A DNA stretch of 62,735 nucleotides from Thermococcus sp. JdFR-02 (lineage in GTDB: Archaea; Methanobacteriota_B; Thermococci; Thermococcales; Thermococcaceae). Location: the NCBI GenBank assembly GCA_002009975.1, contig MTLP01000025.1, forward strand, positions 1 through 62,735. Direction: 5' to 3'. Under the pieces are notes generated by a model. It saw only the letters and a program-made list of their open reading frames with translations. It was not told where the DNA came from and ran no database searches. Position 1 is the stretch's first letter. Each line of letters begins with the position of its first letter. A program made the position numbers and the translations under genes. Of this stretch, positions 43,362 through 52,503 are shown piece after piece.

Positions 43362-44936
43362 ATGAAGCCCCTTCCAGCGATTGCATTAGTTTTCATTGTA
43401 CTTTTTTCTACATTTAGTGTTGCAATAGCTGACAGTAACTCAACGAGCTCTGAAACCCCTTCTCTTGATATTCCTTCTTTGACTTTCTCCGACCTCGCGA
43501 ATAAGATTATCATTGAAATCAAGAAGTGGCGCTTTGATCCTCCCACTGGAATGCTAAGAACCAATACTGATATTTATGTGGACGAGCGCTTTTGGGACTG
43601 GATTGAAGGATCAATCCAAGCGAGTGCAAACCTAACTGACACGGCTCTCAAATGGCTTGAAACATTCAATCAAAAGGTGAGGAATGATGAAGAAATTCAA
43701 TGGATTTTCATTACCTGGACAAAACCAAATGACAGGCTTAAGAAAGCACTTGAGGCGCTTGGAGCTGACGTAATTTACATAGATGAGGATATTAACGCAA
43801 TCTCACTTAAAGCTAAACCTTCGCTTATCAAAAATCTAGTGTATTCCAAAGCTTTTGACTTTGACTACAGATTCTACATCAAGGAAATCTGGCCAGACCT
43901 CTATGTGGTGAATTCTCCAGTCTTCATTGAGAATGAGACGACCTTTACTACTGCAAACATCGCGATTACTCCTGAACAAGTCTCTTCGGCAATTTGGAAT
44001 ATTAAGCTCATCAAGGCAGATCTCGCTTGGTCAAAAGAAGGCATTACCGGAAAAGGAGTAACGGTGGCAATATTGGATACTGGAGTTGACTGTGATCATG
44101 TTGCCCTACAAGGAGCTTGTGTGGCATTTGTAAATTTCGTAGATGACGAGCCAGCCGAGGATTTGAACGGACATGGAACCCATGTTGCCGGTATCGTGGC
44201 GGGAAGACCTGTCAAAGTGACCTATGAAGGAAAACAAGTCTATGTGAGTGGGGTAGCTCCAGAGGCGAACATTCTCGCAGTCAAGGTCTTGGGCCAAGAC
44301 GGTGGAGGAACAATGACTCAGATCCTGCAGGGTTTGGATTATGTAGTCGAATGGAAGAAGAAGCACCCAAGCGAGCCCATAGTTGTTTCAATGTCGTTAG
44401 GTTCTCCATTTGGCTCACCAAATGATCCAATGGTCAAGAAGGTTGAGCAGCTCGTAAGAGAGGAACATATTCCCGTTGTCATTGCGGCTGGAAACGAATT
44501 TGTGGTCGTTGATTCTCCAGGAATAGCTTCTGGTGCCATCACCGTAGCAGCAGTCGATAGAGATATGAAAGTAGCAGACTTTTCAGGCAAAGGTCCAGGC
44601 TTGAATGCACTTAAGGACCTTAAGCCTGACATCGCTGCACCTGGAGTCAAAATCCTAAGCGCCAAAGCCGGAACAAAGAATGAGTTCATAGCTATGTCTG
44701 GAACTTCAATGGCAACTCCCCACGTGAGTGGTGTAGTAGCTCTTATTTTGCAAAAGCACGGCGATCTTACTCCTGAGACCATTAAACTCATCCTTGAAAA
44801 GACGGCTTACCCATTGGATGGCATTGATGCCTTGCCGACATGGAGCGGAGCAGGAGTTGTCGATGCCTACGCTGCGGTTAATGCAAATCCACAATCAGGA
44901 GGGCTCATTGACTTCCTAAGGAGGTTGTTCTCATGA
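43362..44936 (+). CDS. Subtilisin-like (S8) serine protease precursor
   Basis: VAILDTG, NGHGTHVAG, AAGN, KPDIAAPG, SGTSMATPHV; signal peptide and pro-region. Confidence 0.96.
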   Translation: MKPLPAIALVFIVLFSTFSVAIADSNSTSSETPSLDIPSLTFSDLANKIIIEIKKWRFDPPTGMLRTNTDIYVDERFWDWIEGSIQASANLTDTALKWLETFNQKVRNDEEIQWIFITWTKPNDRLKKALEALGADVIYIDEDINAISLKAKPSLIKNLVYSKAFDFDYRFYIKEIWPDLYVVNSPVFIENETTFTTANIAITPEQVSSAIWNIKLIKADLAWSKEGITGKGVTVAILDTGVDCDHVALQGACVAFVNFVDDEPAEDLNGHGTHVAGIVAGRPVKVTYEGKQVYVSGVAPEANILAVKVLGQDGGGTMTQILQGLDYVVEWKKKHPSEPIVVSMSLGSPFGSPNDPMVKKVEQLVREEHIPVVIAAGNEFVVVDSPGIASGAITVAAVDRDMKVADFSGKGPGLNALKDLKPDIAAPGVKILSAKAGTKNEFIAMSGTSMATPHVSGVVALILQKHGDLTPETIKLILEKTAYPLDGIDALPTWSGAGVVDAYAAVNANPQSGGLIDFLRRLFS

Positions 44937-45082
44937 TCAAGAAGTTCCTTATCTTTCTGCTCATTATTTTGCTCTTTACAGTCATGCTAGTAGGCTTTGA
45001 CGAATTCCTCAAGAACGTTGCCCTCGCCATTACGATCGCTCTGATCCTAAAGCTCGTGGATTACTTTGTGGAGGATGACTAA
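44933..45082 (+). CDS. 49-aa two-helix membrane micro-protein
   Basis: MIKKFLIFLLIILLFTVMLVGFDEFLKNVALAITIALILKLVDYFVEDD; GGAGG RBS, ATGA overlap; not in the track. Confidence 0.75.
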   Translation: MIKKFLIFLLIILLFTVMLVGFDEFLKNVALAITIALILKLVDYFVEDD

Positions 45083-45083
45083 C

Positions 45084-45341
45084 ATGTGGGGACTTGAAGA
45101 TAAGCCTCTCATATTGAAGCTCATCATAGCAATCCTCGCTGACATTCTTGATGCAATAAACTTCATTCCAGGTATTAGTGATCTCATAGAGGCTCCATTA
45201 AACGCGTTCATAGCCTATGCATTAACCGACAATCCAAAGGCACTCTTAGTTGGAGGAGCAGATGGTATTCTTCCAGCACCTATCGATTGGTTCCCAAGTG
45301 CCACAGTGATGGTTATTGCGGATGAATTAGGGTGGATTTGA
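45084..45341 (+). CDS. Small hydrophobic protein with D..FIPGISD motif
   Basis: ATG at 45084 after GGAGG; hydrophobic hairpins. Confidence 0.75.
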   Translation: MWGLEDKPLILKLIIAILADILDAINFIPGISDLIEAPLNAFIAYALTDNPKALLVGGADGILPAPIDWFPSATVMVIADELGWI

Positions 45342-45382
45342 AGGCTTTCTTTCTTTTCATTTGCAAAAGCGAGGTGAGAAAA

Positions 45383-45760
45383 GTGGGAATGCTTCCAATA
45401 ATACTATTGACAATCATCCTTGTATTTGGAGCAGCAACAGCACTCTACTCATCAGGAGAGATGGCTTTCTTCCTTAGCTTAATTATAGTCGGCTTGCTCT
45501 TCTTGTGGGATCTCTCAAGCAATCAAGGACAACTAATGATGAGCCCAATCATAGCAATAGGGGACTGGCTTGGAATCCGACTCTGGACGGCATTGCTTAT
45601 CTATCTAATGCTTCTCGGTGGCTACGTCTTTGGAGCAGTAGGAAAAGCAATCGTGATCATCGTCATCTTAGTAATAATCCTCTATGCCCTTGGAGTGCTC
45701 GGCCCACTTGCTGAAGGTGATTTAAGCGCCCTAAAGGGCGTGATTAGGATAGGAGGATGA
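45383..45760 (+). CDS. Small multi-TM protein
   Basis: GAGGTGA RBS; about 4 hydrophobic helices. Confidence 0.75.
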   Translation: MGMLPIILLTIILVFGAATALYSSGEMAFFLSLIIVGLLFLWDLSSNQGQLMMSPIIAIGDWLGIRLWTALLIYLMLLGGYVFGAVGKAIVIIVILVIILYALGVLGPLAEGDLSALKGVIRIGG

Positions 45761-46470
45761 TAAAAGTGTATAGTGCGAGTTTAGCACAAGCGAGTGCTCA
45801 AGGAGTGATATTAAGCGTATTAATAGTTGCAATAGGTCTCGGAATCTACTTCCTGCTCTCCCACAAACCAGAGGCTTTAGGAGCATCTGTTCTCATGCTC
45901 ATTATCTCCCTTGCAGCAGAGAATTATTATCATGTAGTCTATGCCGCGGGTGCAATGCTCGGAATAGCATTGCTCATGCAAGTAACAGACTTCGATGAAG
46001 GAACATTGAGAAGCTCGTTGTTTTATGCAGGAATAAGCTCATTTGTAGCACTAATATTATTCTACATAATGCCAACGACAATTGACGCTTCTCTAAACTT
46101 AAAATTCTTGCTTCTCGTTGGGATAGCAGCGTTCTTCGTGCTCATTGAAGGTGTGAGAACTGGCTTCGAATATGACATTGAAGCAGTGATTGCAATGATA
46201 GTTGCATTTGCAATAGCATTTGCACTCTTGAACATTGTTGGCATCACTCACTTGAATTGGGGAATTGCCCTAATGACTTTTGGAGTAATCATCGAAGCCA
46301 TTTCAGGCGGATTCTTTGCAGTGACTTCTTTCGTGGCTGGACTAATCATTTGGCTTGACGACGTGGTTAGTTATTCAGCATATAATCAAAATCAAGGGGC
46401 ATTATCTTTGCTTCTCCCGATCGGAGTAGTGCTCATCGTAGTGTATGTTTACTTACTTTGGAGGGATTAG
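45757..46470 (+). CDS. Multi-TM protein
   Basis: About 8 hydrophobic segments; ATGA-coupled. Confidence 0.8.
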   Translation: MIKVYSASLAQASAQGVILSVLIVAIGLGIYFLLSHKPEALGASVLMLIISLAAENYYHVVYAAGAMLGIALLMQVTDFDEGTLRSSLFYAGISSFVALILFYIMPTTIDASLNLKFLLLVGIAAFFVLIEGVRTGFEYDIEAVIAMIVAFAIAFALLNIVGITHLNWGIALMTFGVIIEAISGGFFAVTSFVAGLIIWLDDVVSYSAYNQNQGALSLLLPIGVVLIVVYVYLLWRD

Positions 46471-46473
46471 AAA

Positions 46474-47133
46474 ATGAGGAAAAAAGCTCTCGCAGTTGTG
46501 ATTATTTTGTTGTTTGTAACAACTCCAGCCGTGGGTGCATGGTCCCTCAAGGATCTGCTCAAAGGTGCAGCGTCTAAGGCTCTCGACCTGTTTAAGAGAG
46601 AAGTCATGCCCATTGATGGCTATGAGAGTGTGCAATTAGGAGAAAGCTTTGTCATTGAAGGAGCTCACTGGTGGAATCCCGACTACTACGTTTACCTTGA
46701 CGAGGCAAAAATCCGCTTCAGCTGGTGGATTCCTCGCGAGGTAACCGTGAAAGCAAGCGTTTACAAGGTTTACTTTGGGATTATTGCGCTCTATCAAGGA
46801 CAAACAGATGATATTTGGTGGGACAAAGCAGAGATTGGCAAAGATGCCTGGATTGGTGCTTTTTGGATTAGTGGTTTTGATTGGAAGCGTAGCGGTTGGA
46901 GCAATGCAACAAAAGCCTACATCGCTTATAATCTTCCAGCAGCAGAGGACATGAGCAAGAATTACAATGTAACTATTCTTCAAAATGGAAGTATTAAGCT
47001 TGAATTTCCAAACGAAACAAAAATTCTCACAATAGAAGAGTTTGAAGGCTTTGGAAACATTACCGTCGTGAATGTGACGTATAAACATCTTATCGGCTCG
47101 CTTTATTTGGTTAGGAAAAGAGGTGATGAGTAA
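46474..47133 (+). CDS. Secreted Trp-rich protein
   Basis: Signal peptide; many Trp; DYY motif; N-glycosylation sequons. Confidence 0.8.
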   Translation: MRKKALAVVIILLFVTTPAVGAWSLKDLLKGAASKALDLFKREVMPIDGYESVQLGESFVIEGAHWWNPDYYVYLDEAKIRFSWWIPREVTVKASVYKVYFGIIALYQGQTDDIWWDKAEIGKDAWIGAFWISGFDWKRSGWSNATKAYIAYNLPAAEDMSKNYNVTILQNGSIKLEFPNETKILTIEEFEGFGNITVVNVTYKHLIGSLYLVRKRGDE

Positions 47134-47432
47134 TGGATCTGCTTGAGTTAGTTGAGTACATTTGGTTTGGTCTGATTGTGATATTGGCTTTCCTTACACT
47201 AAGCGGACAAGTAACGGCATTATTTGCCTTGATTGCCTTCATCGGAGCAATAGCAATCCACTACATTACCAACAAAGGAAATCCCTTCATTGTAAACCTT
47301 GCACCTTTAGGGGCAGGCTTTCGGATGTTTATCGCAGAATTCATTTTGATATTGAGCTTATTGACTGGAAACCTGCTCCTCGCCCTCGTGGCTGGAGCTT
47401 ACATTCCAGTCGAATACTTCGTAGGTGATTAA
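47133..47432 (+). CDS. Small multi-TM protein
   Basis: 99 aa, mostly hydrophobic; TAATG-coupled. Confidence 0.75.
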   Translation: MDLLELVEYIWFGLIVILAFLTLSGQVTALFALIAFIGAIAIHYITNKGNPFIVNLAPLGAGFRMFIAEFILILSLLTGNLLLALVAGAYIPVEYFVGD

Positions 47433-47434
47433 CC

Positions 47435-47773
47435 ATGTTTGACTTGGACAATATTAAAAATGGAGCAATCCTTGGCATTGCATATCTCTTTATTTACACT
47501 CTACTCTTTGGATTCCCAAAAGGGAGCTTAGACGACGTTGGTTATGCGTTTATCATTCTATTCATGATAGCAGCGTACTTTATACTGACGATTATCTTTG
47601 CATTAGTGGCAATCTTCATGTTCGACATCAGAGGACCAATCGCTTACCTCCTGCTATTCGCACCAATTCCAATTTGGTTAGTTTTGGCATTTGGGCAAGA
47701 GCCATTATCCATTTATGCGTATTGGTTCGTTCCTCCAGCCTGTTTTGTCCTAGCGTCAGTATTTGCCGAGTGA
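47435..47773 (+). CDS. Small multi-TM protein
   Basis: 112 aa, about 4 TM; AGGTGA RBS. Confidence 0.75.
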   Translation: MFDLDNIKNGAILGIAYLFIYTLLFGFPKGSLDDVGYAFIILFMIAAYFILTIIFALVAIFMFDIRGPIAYLLLFAPIPIWLVLAFGQEPLSIYAYWFVPPACFVLASVFAE

Positions 47774-47783
47774 GGTGAGGGCT

Positions 47784-47924
47784 TTGGATAAGGTTAGAAT
47801 GCTCGAGAGAAAGCTTGACGTGATAAAAGAGCTCAAAGTGCGCTTTGCAAGGGAAGAAGCTCAACTATTGAGGAAGATTAAGCAAGCAAAAATGAGGAGG
47901 GCTGGTCATGGAAGTCAATCCTGA
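47784..47924 (+). CDS. 46-aa basic helical micro-protein
   Basis: TTG start after GAGGTGA: MDKVRMLERKLDVIKELKVRFAREEAQLLRKIKQAKMRRAGHGSQS; fills the operon gap. Confidence 0.55.
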   Translation: MDKVRMLERKLDVIKELKVRFAREEAQLLRKIKQAKMRRAGHGSQS

Positions 47925-48813
47925 GATACGTGAAGATATTAGAGCCGAGCTTGCGAGAAAGGTCGAGGGAAAAGACAGCCAAAAGGCTAGGATCATTAAG
48001 TTCACACTCCTCGGGATTGGCATCGGTGCAGTAGTAGGTCTCATTATGTTGGCTTTTCCAGGATTTTATGACACGCTCTATAAAATTCACCAAGGTCTAG
48101 CCAAGCCAAGGTATAGTTTCTACATCCTCCTTGGCTCAATAGCATTTATCGAATTTATGCGCATGACTTGGATCGAGAGCGCAAAAGCCAGAAGCAAGAG
48201 ACTAATTCCCTTAACATCGCCAGAAATGGAAATTTGGGTCAAAGAAAAGCCCTTGATTGGCATAAAATTACCCTTCACGGGCAAGGAGGTAAAGAGCCGC
48301 CGTATAAAACCTCACATAGTAGAGACTGAGCTCGGATGGTTGGTTTATCCTAACAAGAGTCTACTGAGCCCGCAGTGGAATGGTGAGGTCCATCATATTC
48401 CAGGTGACACTATTTTCGGCTACGGCAATACAAGAATAATTGCCGCGAAACAGCCCACCAATCCAACTTACTATATGACTGACGAGACAACCGGAGAGAA
48501 AATCCCGGTTTATGTCTGGCAACCAATTAACATTGGTGGCGAGATGTATATGCGCGCTCTCAAGGAAATTGAGTACCTCAAGACAGAGAACAAGATTCTC
48601 CAAGAGTTTGCCAAGAAGGGTTATGAGCTTGCCGAAACCATCAAGGAAATTCCTGAGGAATTCTTCGAAGAGTTGAGCAACCGTGGCTTCGAGAAGGCAA
48701 AGCAGATGCTTGAGATCGTTGGTAAGGGCTTCTTCAGCGAACTTGGCAAGATAAACAAGGAGATGTTTACCGCCATCATTGAAGAGCTGAAGAAATCAAA
48801 AGAGGCTTGGTGA
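47908..48813 (+). CDS. Membrane protein (2 TM) with cytoplasmic domain and helical tail
   Basis: Two N-terminal TMs; charged helical C-terminus. Confidence 0.75.
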   Translation: MEVNPEIREDIRAELARKVEGKDSQKARIIKFTLLGIGIGAVVGLIMLAFPGFYDTLYKIHQGLAKPRYSFYILLGSIAFIEFMRMTWIESAKARSKRLIPLTSPEMEIWVKEKPLIGIKLPFTGKEVKSRRIKPHIVETELGWLVYPNKSLLSPQWNGEVHHIPGDTIFGYGNTRIIAAKQPTNPTYYMTDETTGEKIPVYVWQPINIGGEMYMRALKEIEYLKTENKILQEFAKKGYELAETIKEIPEEFFEELSNRGFEKAKQMLEIVGKGFFSELGKINKEMFTAIIEELKKSKEAW

Positions 48814-48835
48814 ACCTTTCATTTTTTCTAAATCT

Positions 48836-48972
48836 TGCCGTGAAAGGGGTTGGACGCAAGTAGGGGTTCCGAAAGCGTCCACCCCCACGGCACCGGCCCA
48901 TGTGGGCCAAAACCGGTCACGAGGTGATTAGGGAAAAAAGCACCCTAATGGCTTGACGGCCACACATCGTGA
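48836..48972. ncRNA. Putative structured RNA/ssDNA element
   Basis: GC-rich intergenic stretch with a long hairpin, a short hairpin and a three-way junction (see findings). Strand unknown. Confidence 0.6.
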
Positions 48973-49005
48973 GAATCATGTATCTCTGAAAAGGAGGGAA
49001 AAACC

Positions 49006-49551
49006 ATGGTGAAAGAGTTAGTTGAGAGTAGAAAAGAATATATTTCACGTTTGAAGGCCGAAGCAGCACAAGAAGTAGAAGCCAAGTATCTCGACCTAGC
49101 ACTTGAGTTGATCGAAGAAGCTCAAAATCTCGAGAAAGACATGTCTAAAATCGCTGGAATCTACAGAGAGCGCAAGCTCAAGATGGCGTTAGAGATCATC
49201 GAGAACTACAAACGAGCCAATGATCTTCTTATCAAGGCTATTCTCACCGGAGAAAGTATGGAGATAGCTCTCAAGAAGCTTGAAAAGGCCGTCAGCTCAC
49301 GTGCGCCGTTAAGGATGAAGATCATTGCGGCATTGTATGGAGAGAAGGATCCAATGACACCTTCTGAGCTTGCTGAAAAGTTCGGGCTTGCAGTTCCGAC
49401 AGTCCATGAAGCACTTCAAGAGCTTCTGAGACTTCAGCTTATTGAGAAAGATGAAAAAGGTCGTTACAAGCTCCGTGATCAGGTTATGGAGAGCATCTTC
49501 AGGCTCCTCTGGAGCGGAGTTAACGAGCTCAAAGCGAGGGGAGAACTATGA
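49006..49551 (+). CDS. Coiled-coil plus winged-HTH DNA-binding protein
   Basis: PMTPSELAEKFGLAVPTVHEALQELLRLQLIEK...GRY. Confidence 0.85.
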   Translation: MVKELVESRKEYISRLKAEAAQEVEAKYLDLALELIEEAQNLEKDMSKIAGIYRERKLKMALEIIENYKRANDLLIKAILTGESMEIALKKLEKAVSSRAPLRMKIIAALYGEKDPMTPSELAEKFGLAVPTVHEALQELLRLQLIEKDEKGRYKLRDQVMESIFRLLWSGVNELKARGEL

Positions 49552-50801
49552 TGTCCCAATACCTTGACCGCTTTGTTATCGAGCCTGAGGAAATCAAAAT
49601 TGACTGGCCAAAAACTCACGCCGTGGGCATCACCAAAGGTGGAAATTTCGTTTATGTTTCCGCTGACATGATACATCGGTACATCTCTGGCCAGACTAAC
49701 ACGGGAAAGACCACGCTTGCACAGACACTCATGGAAGTAGACTTCCTCCGCGGGCGAAAAATTGTCGAGATAGAGCCCGCCTTGGAAGCAAAGAACGAGA
49801 GAGGCTTCATGAACATGCCCAACAATGACGAAAACATGCTCGAGGTGCTCAACAAGTACTTTCATGTTGAGCCGAGACCATTTAGAGCCATTATCTATTC
49901 TCCTGTCACAAGAAAATACCGTGCTTTCATGAAGAACGATGAAGGGATACGATCAAAGTTCTACAAACCACTGAAGATCACCGAGCCAGATGTTGTGGAC
50001 CTACTCAAATCAATATTTCCTGGAGGATCCATTGAAAGGTTAATCGTGAAAAAGGCTCACAAGCTCTACACCGAAGAAATTGAGCCCAAAAGGAAAAACC
50101 GGACAATTGAAGGGTTCCTCGAGACGTTCCAAGAGGTCGGAAAGAACGCAAATTTCAGCAGCTTTACCCTCATGAAGCTTGAATACATCGCCAGCATCCT
50201 TCATAGCGATGGAAAATACAAGATAGATGAAATACTCCAGAAGAAAGACGAAATAAGCGTCTTTACTTTCTCATTTATTCCTGATCCTCTAGATCGCTAC
50301 ATTTGGGCTATGGCAGTCTTGAACATAATCTACGACCGGTGGGAGGATATCAAACGGAGGGACGACGTTCTAAGTTTCTTCGTTGCCGACGCCCACTTAC
50401 TTGCACCCAAGAAGAAGAAAGATATGATTGACACGCTCGTTAGATACCAGGAGCGTATGAAGCAGAACCTCCAAGTCTATGCAAGAATCTCTCGTGGTAA
50501 GGGGCTGGTGTGGACCCTCGACAGCCAAGAGTACGACGATCTCGACGACGTGGTAGTTGCGCAGTGCCAAGAGAGGTTTGTTAAGCGTATGAGAAGCCGT
50601 GAAGTAGCTGAAAAACTGAAGATCGACTATAAAGAGCTAAAGCGCCTCCATCCCAAGTTCGCATTCTTTGATGACGGCTACATGATAAAGAAAATTCTCA
50701 TTAGGCCTCCAATGTCAAGAAAAGCCCGCTCTGGAGAATTTCTGCCCATCCATTTTGTTAAGGAATACGAGAGGTGGGAGAATGAGGAAGCGAATTATTA
50801 G
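49548..50801 (+). CDS. FtsK/HerA/VirB4-like P-loop ATPase
   Basis: HRYISGQTNTGKT Walker A; FFVADAH at Walker B; RISRGKGLVWTLDSQ (Arg finger and conserved Gln). Confidence 0.85.
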   Translation: MMSQYLDRFVIEPEEIKIDWPKTHAVGITKGGNFVYVSADMIHRYISGQTNTGKTTLAQTLMEVDFLRGRKIVEIEPALEAKNERGFMNMPNNDENMLEVLNKYFHVEPRPFRAIIYSPVTRKYRAFMKNDEGIRSKFYKPLKITEPDVVDLLKSIFPGGSIERLIVKKAHKLYTEEIEPKRKNRTIEGFLETFQEVGKNANFSSFTLMKLEYIASILHSDGKYKIDEILQKKDEISVFTFSFIPDPLDRYIWAMAVLNIIYDRWEDIKRRDDVLSFFVADAHLLAPKKKKDMIDTLVRYQERMKQNLQVYARISRGKGLVWTLDSQEYDDLDDVVVAQCQERFVKRMRSREVAEKLKIDYKELKRLHPKFAFFDDGYMIKKILIRPPMSRKARSGEFLPIHFVKEYERWENEEANY

Positions 50802-51936
50802 CATATTATTCATATTAATATATATAGGAATATTGGGAGGGGCACTTGCATATAGTCAAACCCTAAAACTCAATGTCGGCGATGAAATATATATTGATGA
50901 CCTGCATATCTTTATAAATAAAAACAAGCTTGATAATCGCACTATAGCCATCGTCGAGTATCAAGATAACATCTATCTCATTTGGGAAGGGCAAAACAGG
51001 ACAATCGGGAATTATTCTATTCAAGTCTTCCCATTCAAAGACTATGTTTACCTCATAGTATCAGCACCATCAAACTTTACCGTACGTTTTCCAGGAGAAG
51101 AAAATCAAACGCTTACCAATCAAACAAGCTCAAATCAGACAATAGCAAACCAAACTAATGCCACCATTACCACTCCTGGAAACATGACCCTCAACCTCAC
51201 CAACATCACTATTCCAGGAATAGCAAACATAACAGGAAACTACACATGCTCAAGCGTCGAAGAATGTCAAGCACTCATTGAGCAGCTGCAGAAAGAGCTC
51301 GAGAAAGTAAAGCAAGAGAAAGCAGAACTTGAGAAACAAATACAATACTTGCAACAGCAGCTCAACATCACACAAACTGAAAAGAAGCAGCTTGAAGAGC
51401 AGATCAAAATCTTACAACAAGCCCTTGAGGAGAGAAACAAAAAAATCAGAGAGCTTGAGCAAATAATTGCCGAGCTCGAAAAAGAAAAATGGTCATGGGA
51501 GACCGCGAAGGAGAAAGCTGAAGAGCAGTATTTGCTTTGGACGCCCTACTTGTTCCCGGTCGTTCTTGGAAGCTTACTCGTCTATTACAGGCGTTACAAG
51601 AAGACTAAGAAATATGCAGAAGTCATGATCGACCAGAAGGCAAGAGAGCTGAAAGAGGAGCTCTTAAGCGAGTATCTCAAGAAAGACATACTAAGAGCAA
51701 AAATTGAGAGCATAGTTGATGATCCAAACCTCCTGGTCATCTTGAGGACTATCATCCCGCAATTGACGGGTAGCCAGGAAATCACGAAGGGAGATATTCT
51801 TGCAGTGGACATTGAAAAAGTCGCCGAGCTCGCAAGAAAGCGCTTCTTATTGAAAGAGAACCGCGTTGAATATCTCAAGAAGAAACTTGCTGAGCTGAAA
51901 GAAGAGATTAAAGAAGAGGTTGGAGGTGAAGAGTGA
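50782..51936 (+). CDS. Secreted/membrane protein with glycosylated linker, long coiled coil and TM
   Basis: Signal peptide, dense NxT/S sequons, heptad region, TM near residue 265. Confidence 0.8.
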   Translation: MRKRIISILFILIYIGILGGALAYSQTLKLNVGDEIYIDDLHIFINKNKLDNRTIAIVEYQDNIYLIWEGQNRTIGNYSIQVFPFKDYVYLIVSAPSNFTVRFPGEENQTLTNQTSSNQTIANQTNATITTPGNMTLNLTNITIPGIANITGNYTCSSVEECQALIEQLQKELEKVKQEKAELEKQIQYLQQQLNITQTEKKQLEEQIKILQQALEERNKKIRELEQIIAELEKEKWSWETAKEKAEEQYLLWTPYLFPVVLGSLLVYYRRYKKTKKYAEVMIDQKARELKEELLSEYLKKDILRAKIESIVDDPNLLVILRTIIPQLTGSQEITKGDILAVDIEKVAELARKRFLLKENRVEYLKKKLAELKEEIKEEVGGEE

Positions 51937-52229
51937 TGAGTGTTTTTGATATTTTTCTCAAAGTATTTGTATTAATCGGTATCATAGCAGTTCTGCTACT
52001 ACTTTACGACAACCTCTTTAGACCTTGGAGGGCAATTGAAAGGAGCATCCATGAATTAGAAGAAGAACTCAAGATGCTTGAAAGAGGAGGCTGGAGAGCG
52101 AAGATAACAACATGGCTCAACGAGCCTTGGCTAAAGGGAGACATTGAAAAGCACAAAGAGCTGCTTAGGATGCGCATAGGTGCGAAGAAGAGAGAAGCAA
52201 ATGCCTATTACCTTCTGAGGAGGGAATAA
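51933..52229 (+). CDS. Single-TM hypothetical protein
   Basis: N-terminal TM and charged helical tail; GGAGGTGA RBS. Confidence 0.7.
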   Translation: MMSVFDIFLKVFVLIGIIAVLLLLYDNLFRPWRAIERSIHELEEELKMLERGGWRAKITTWLNEPWLKGDIEKHKELLRMRIGAKKREANAYYLLRRE

Positions 52230-52230
52230 A

Positions 52231-52503
52231 ATGTTTGAGTGGTTCTTTATCATTTCACTTTTCCTTGGCGGCTGGCTCATCTACGAAATGCTAAAAGACA
52301 AAATCCACGGACCTGGAAGGTACTGGATCACCATGAACGTCGAAGGCGATGCAGAAAGAATAGAATACCTCATCAAAAAACTCGCCAAAGACAACAAAAT
52401 CAAGATCAGAAGTTACCGCGTGAGCACGGAGAAACCCACTACAAAAAATCCGAAAAGAATTTTTAGTTTGAAGAAGAAAAAAGAGAATGAGGGACCAAAA
52501 TGA
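52231..52503 (+). CDS. Single-TM hypothetical protein
   Basis: N-terminal TM, basic tail, operon-coupled. Confidence 0.7.
   Translation: MFEWFFIISLFLGGWLIYEMLKDKIHGPGRYWITMNVEGDAERIEYLIKKLAKDNKIKIRSYRVSTEKPTTKNPKRIFSLKKKKENEGPK

Noticed and set aside
48836-48972. SECIS element, hammerhead ribozyme or simple terminator
   Set aside because: No in-frame UGA selenoprotein candidate nearby, no CUGAUGA core, and the T-tract terminator lies before the structure rather than after it.
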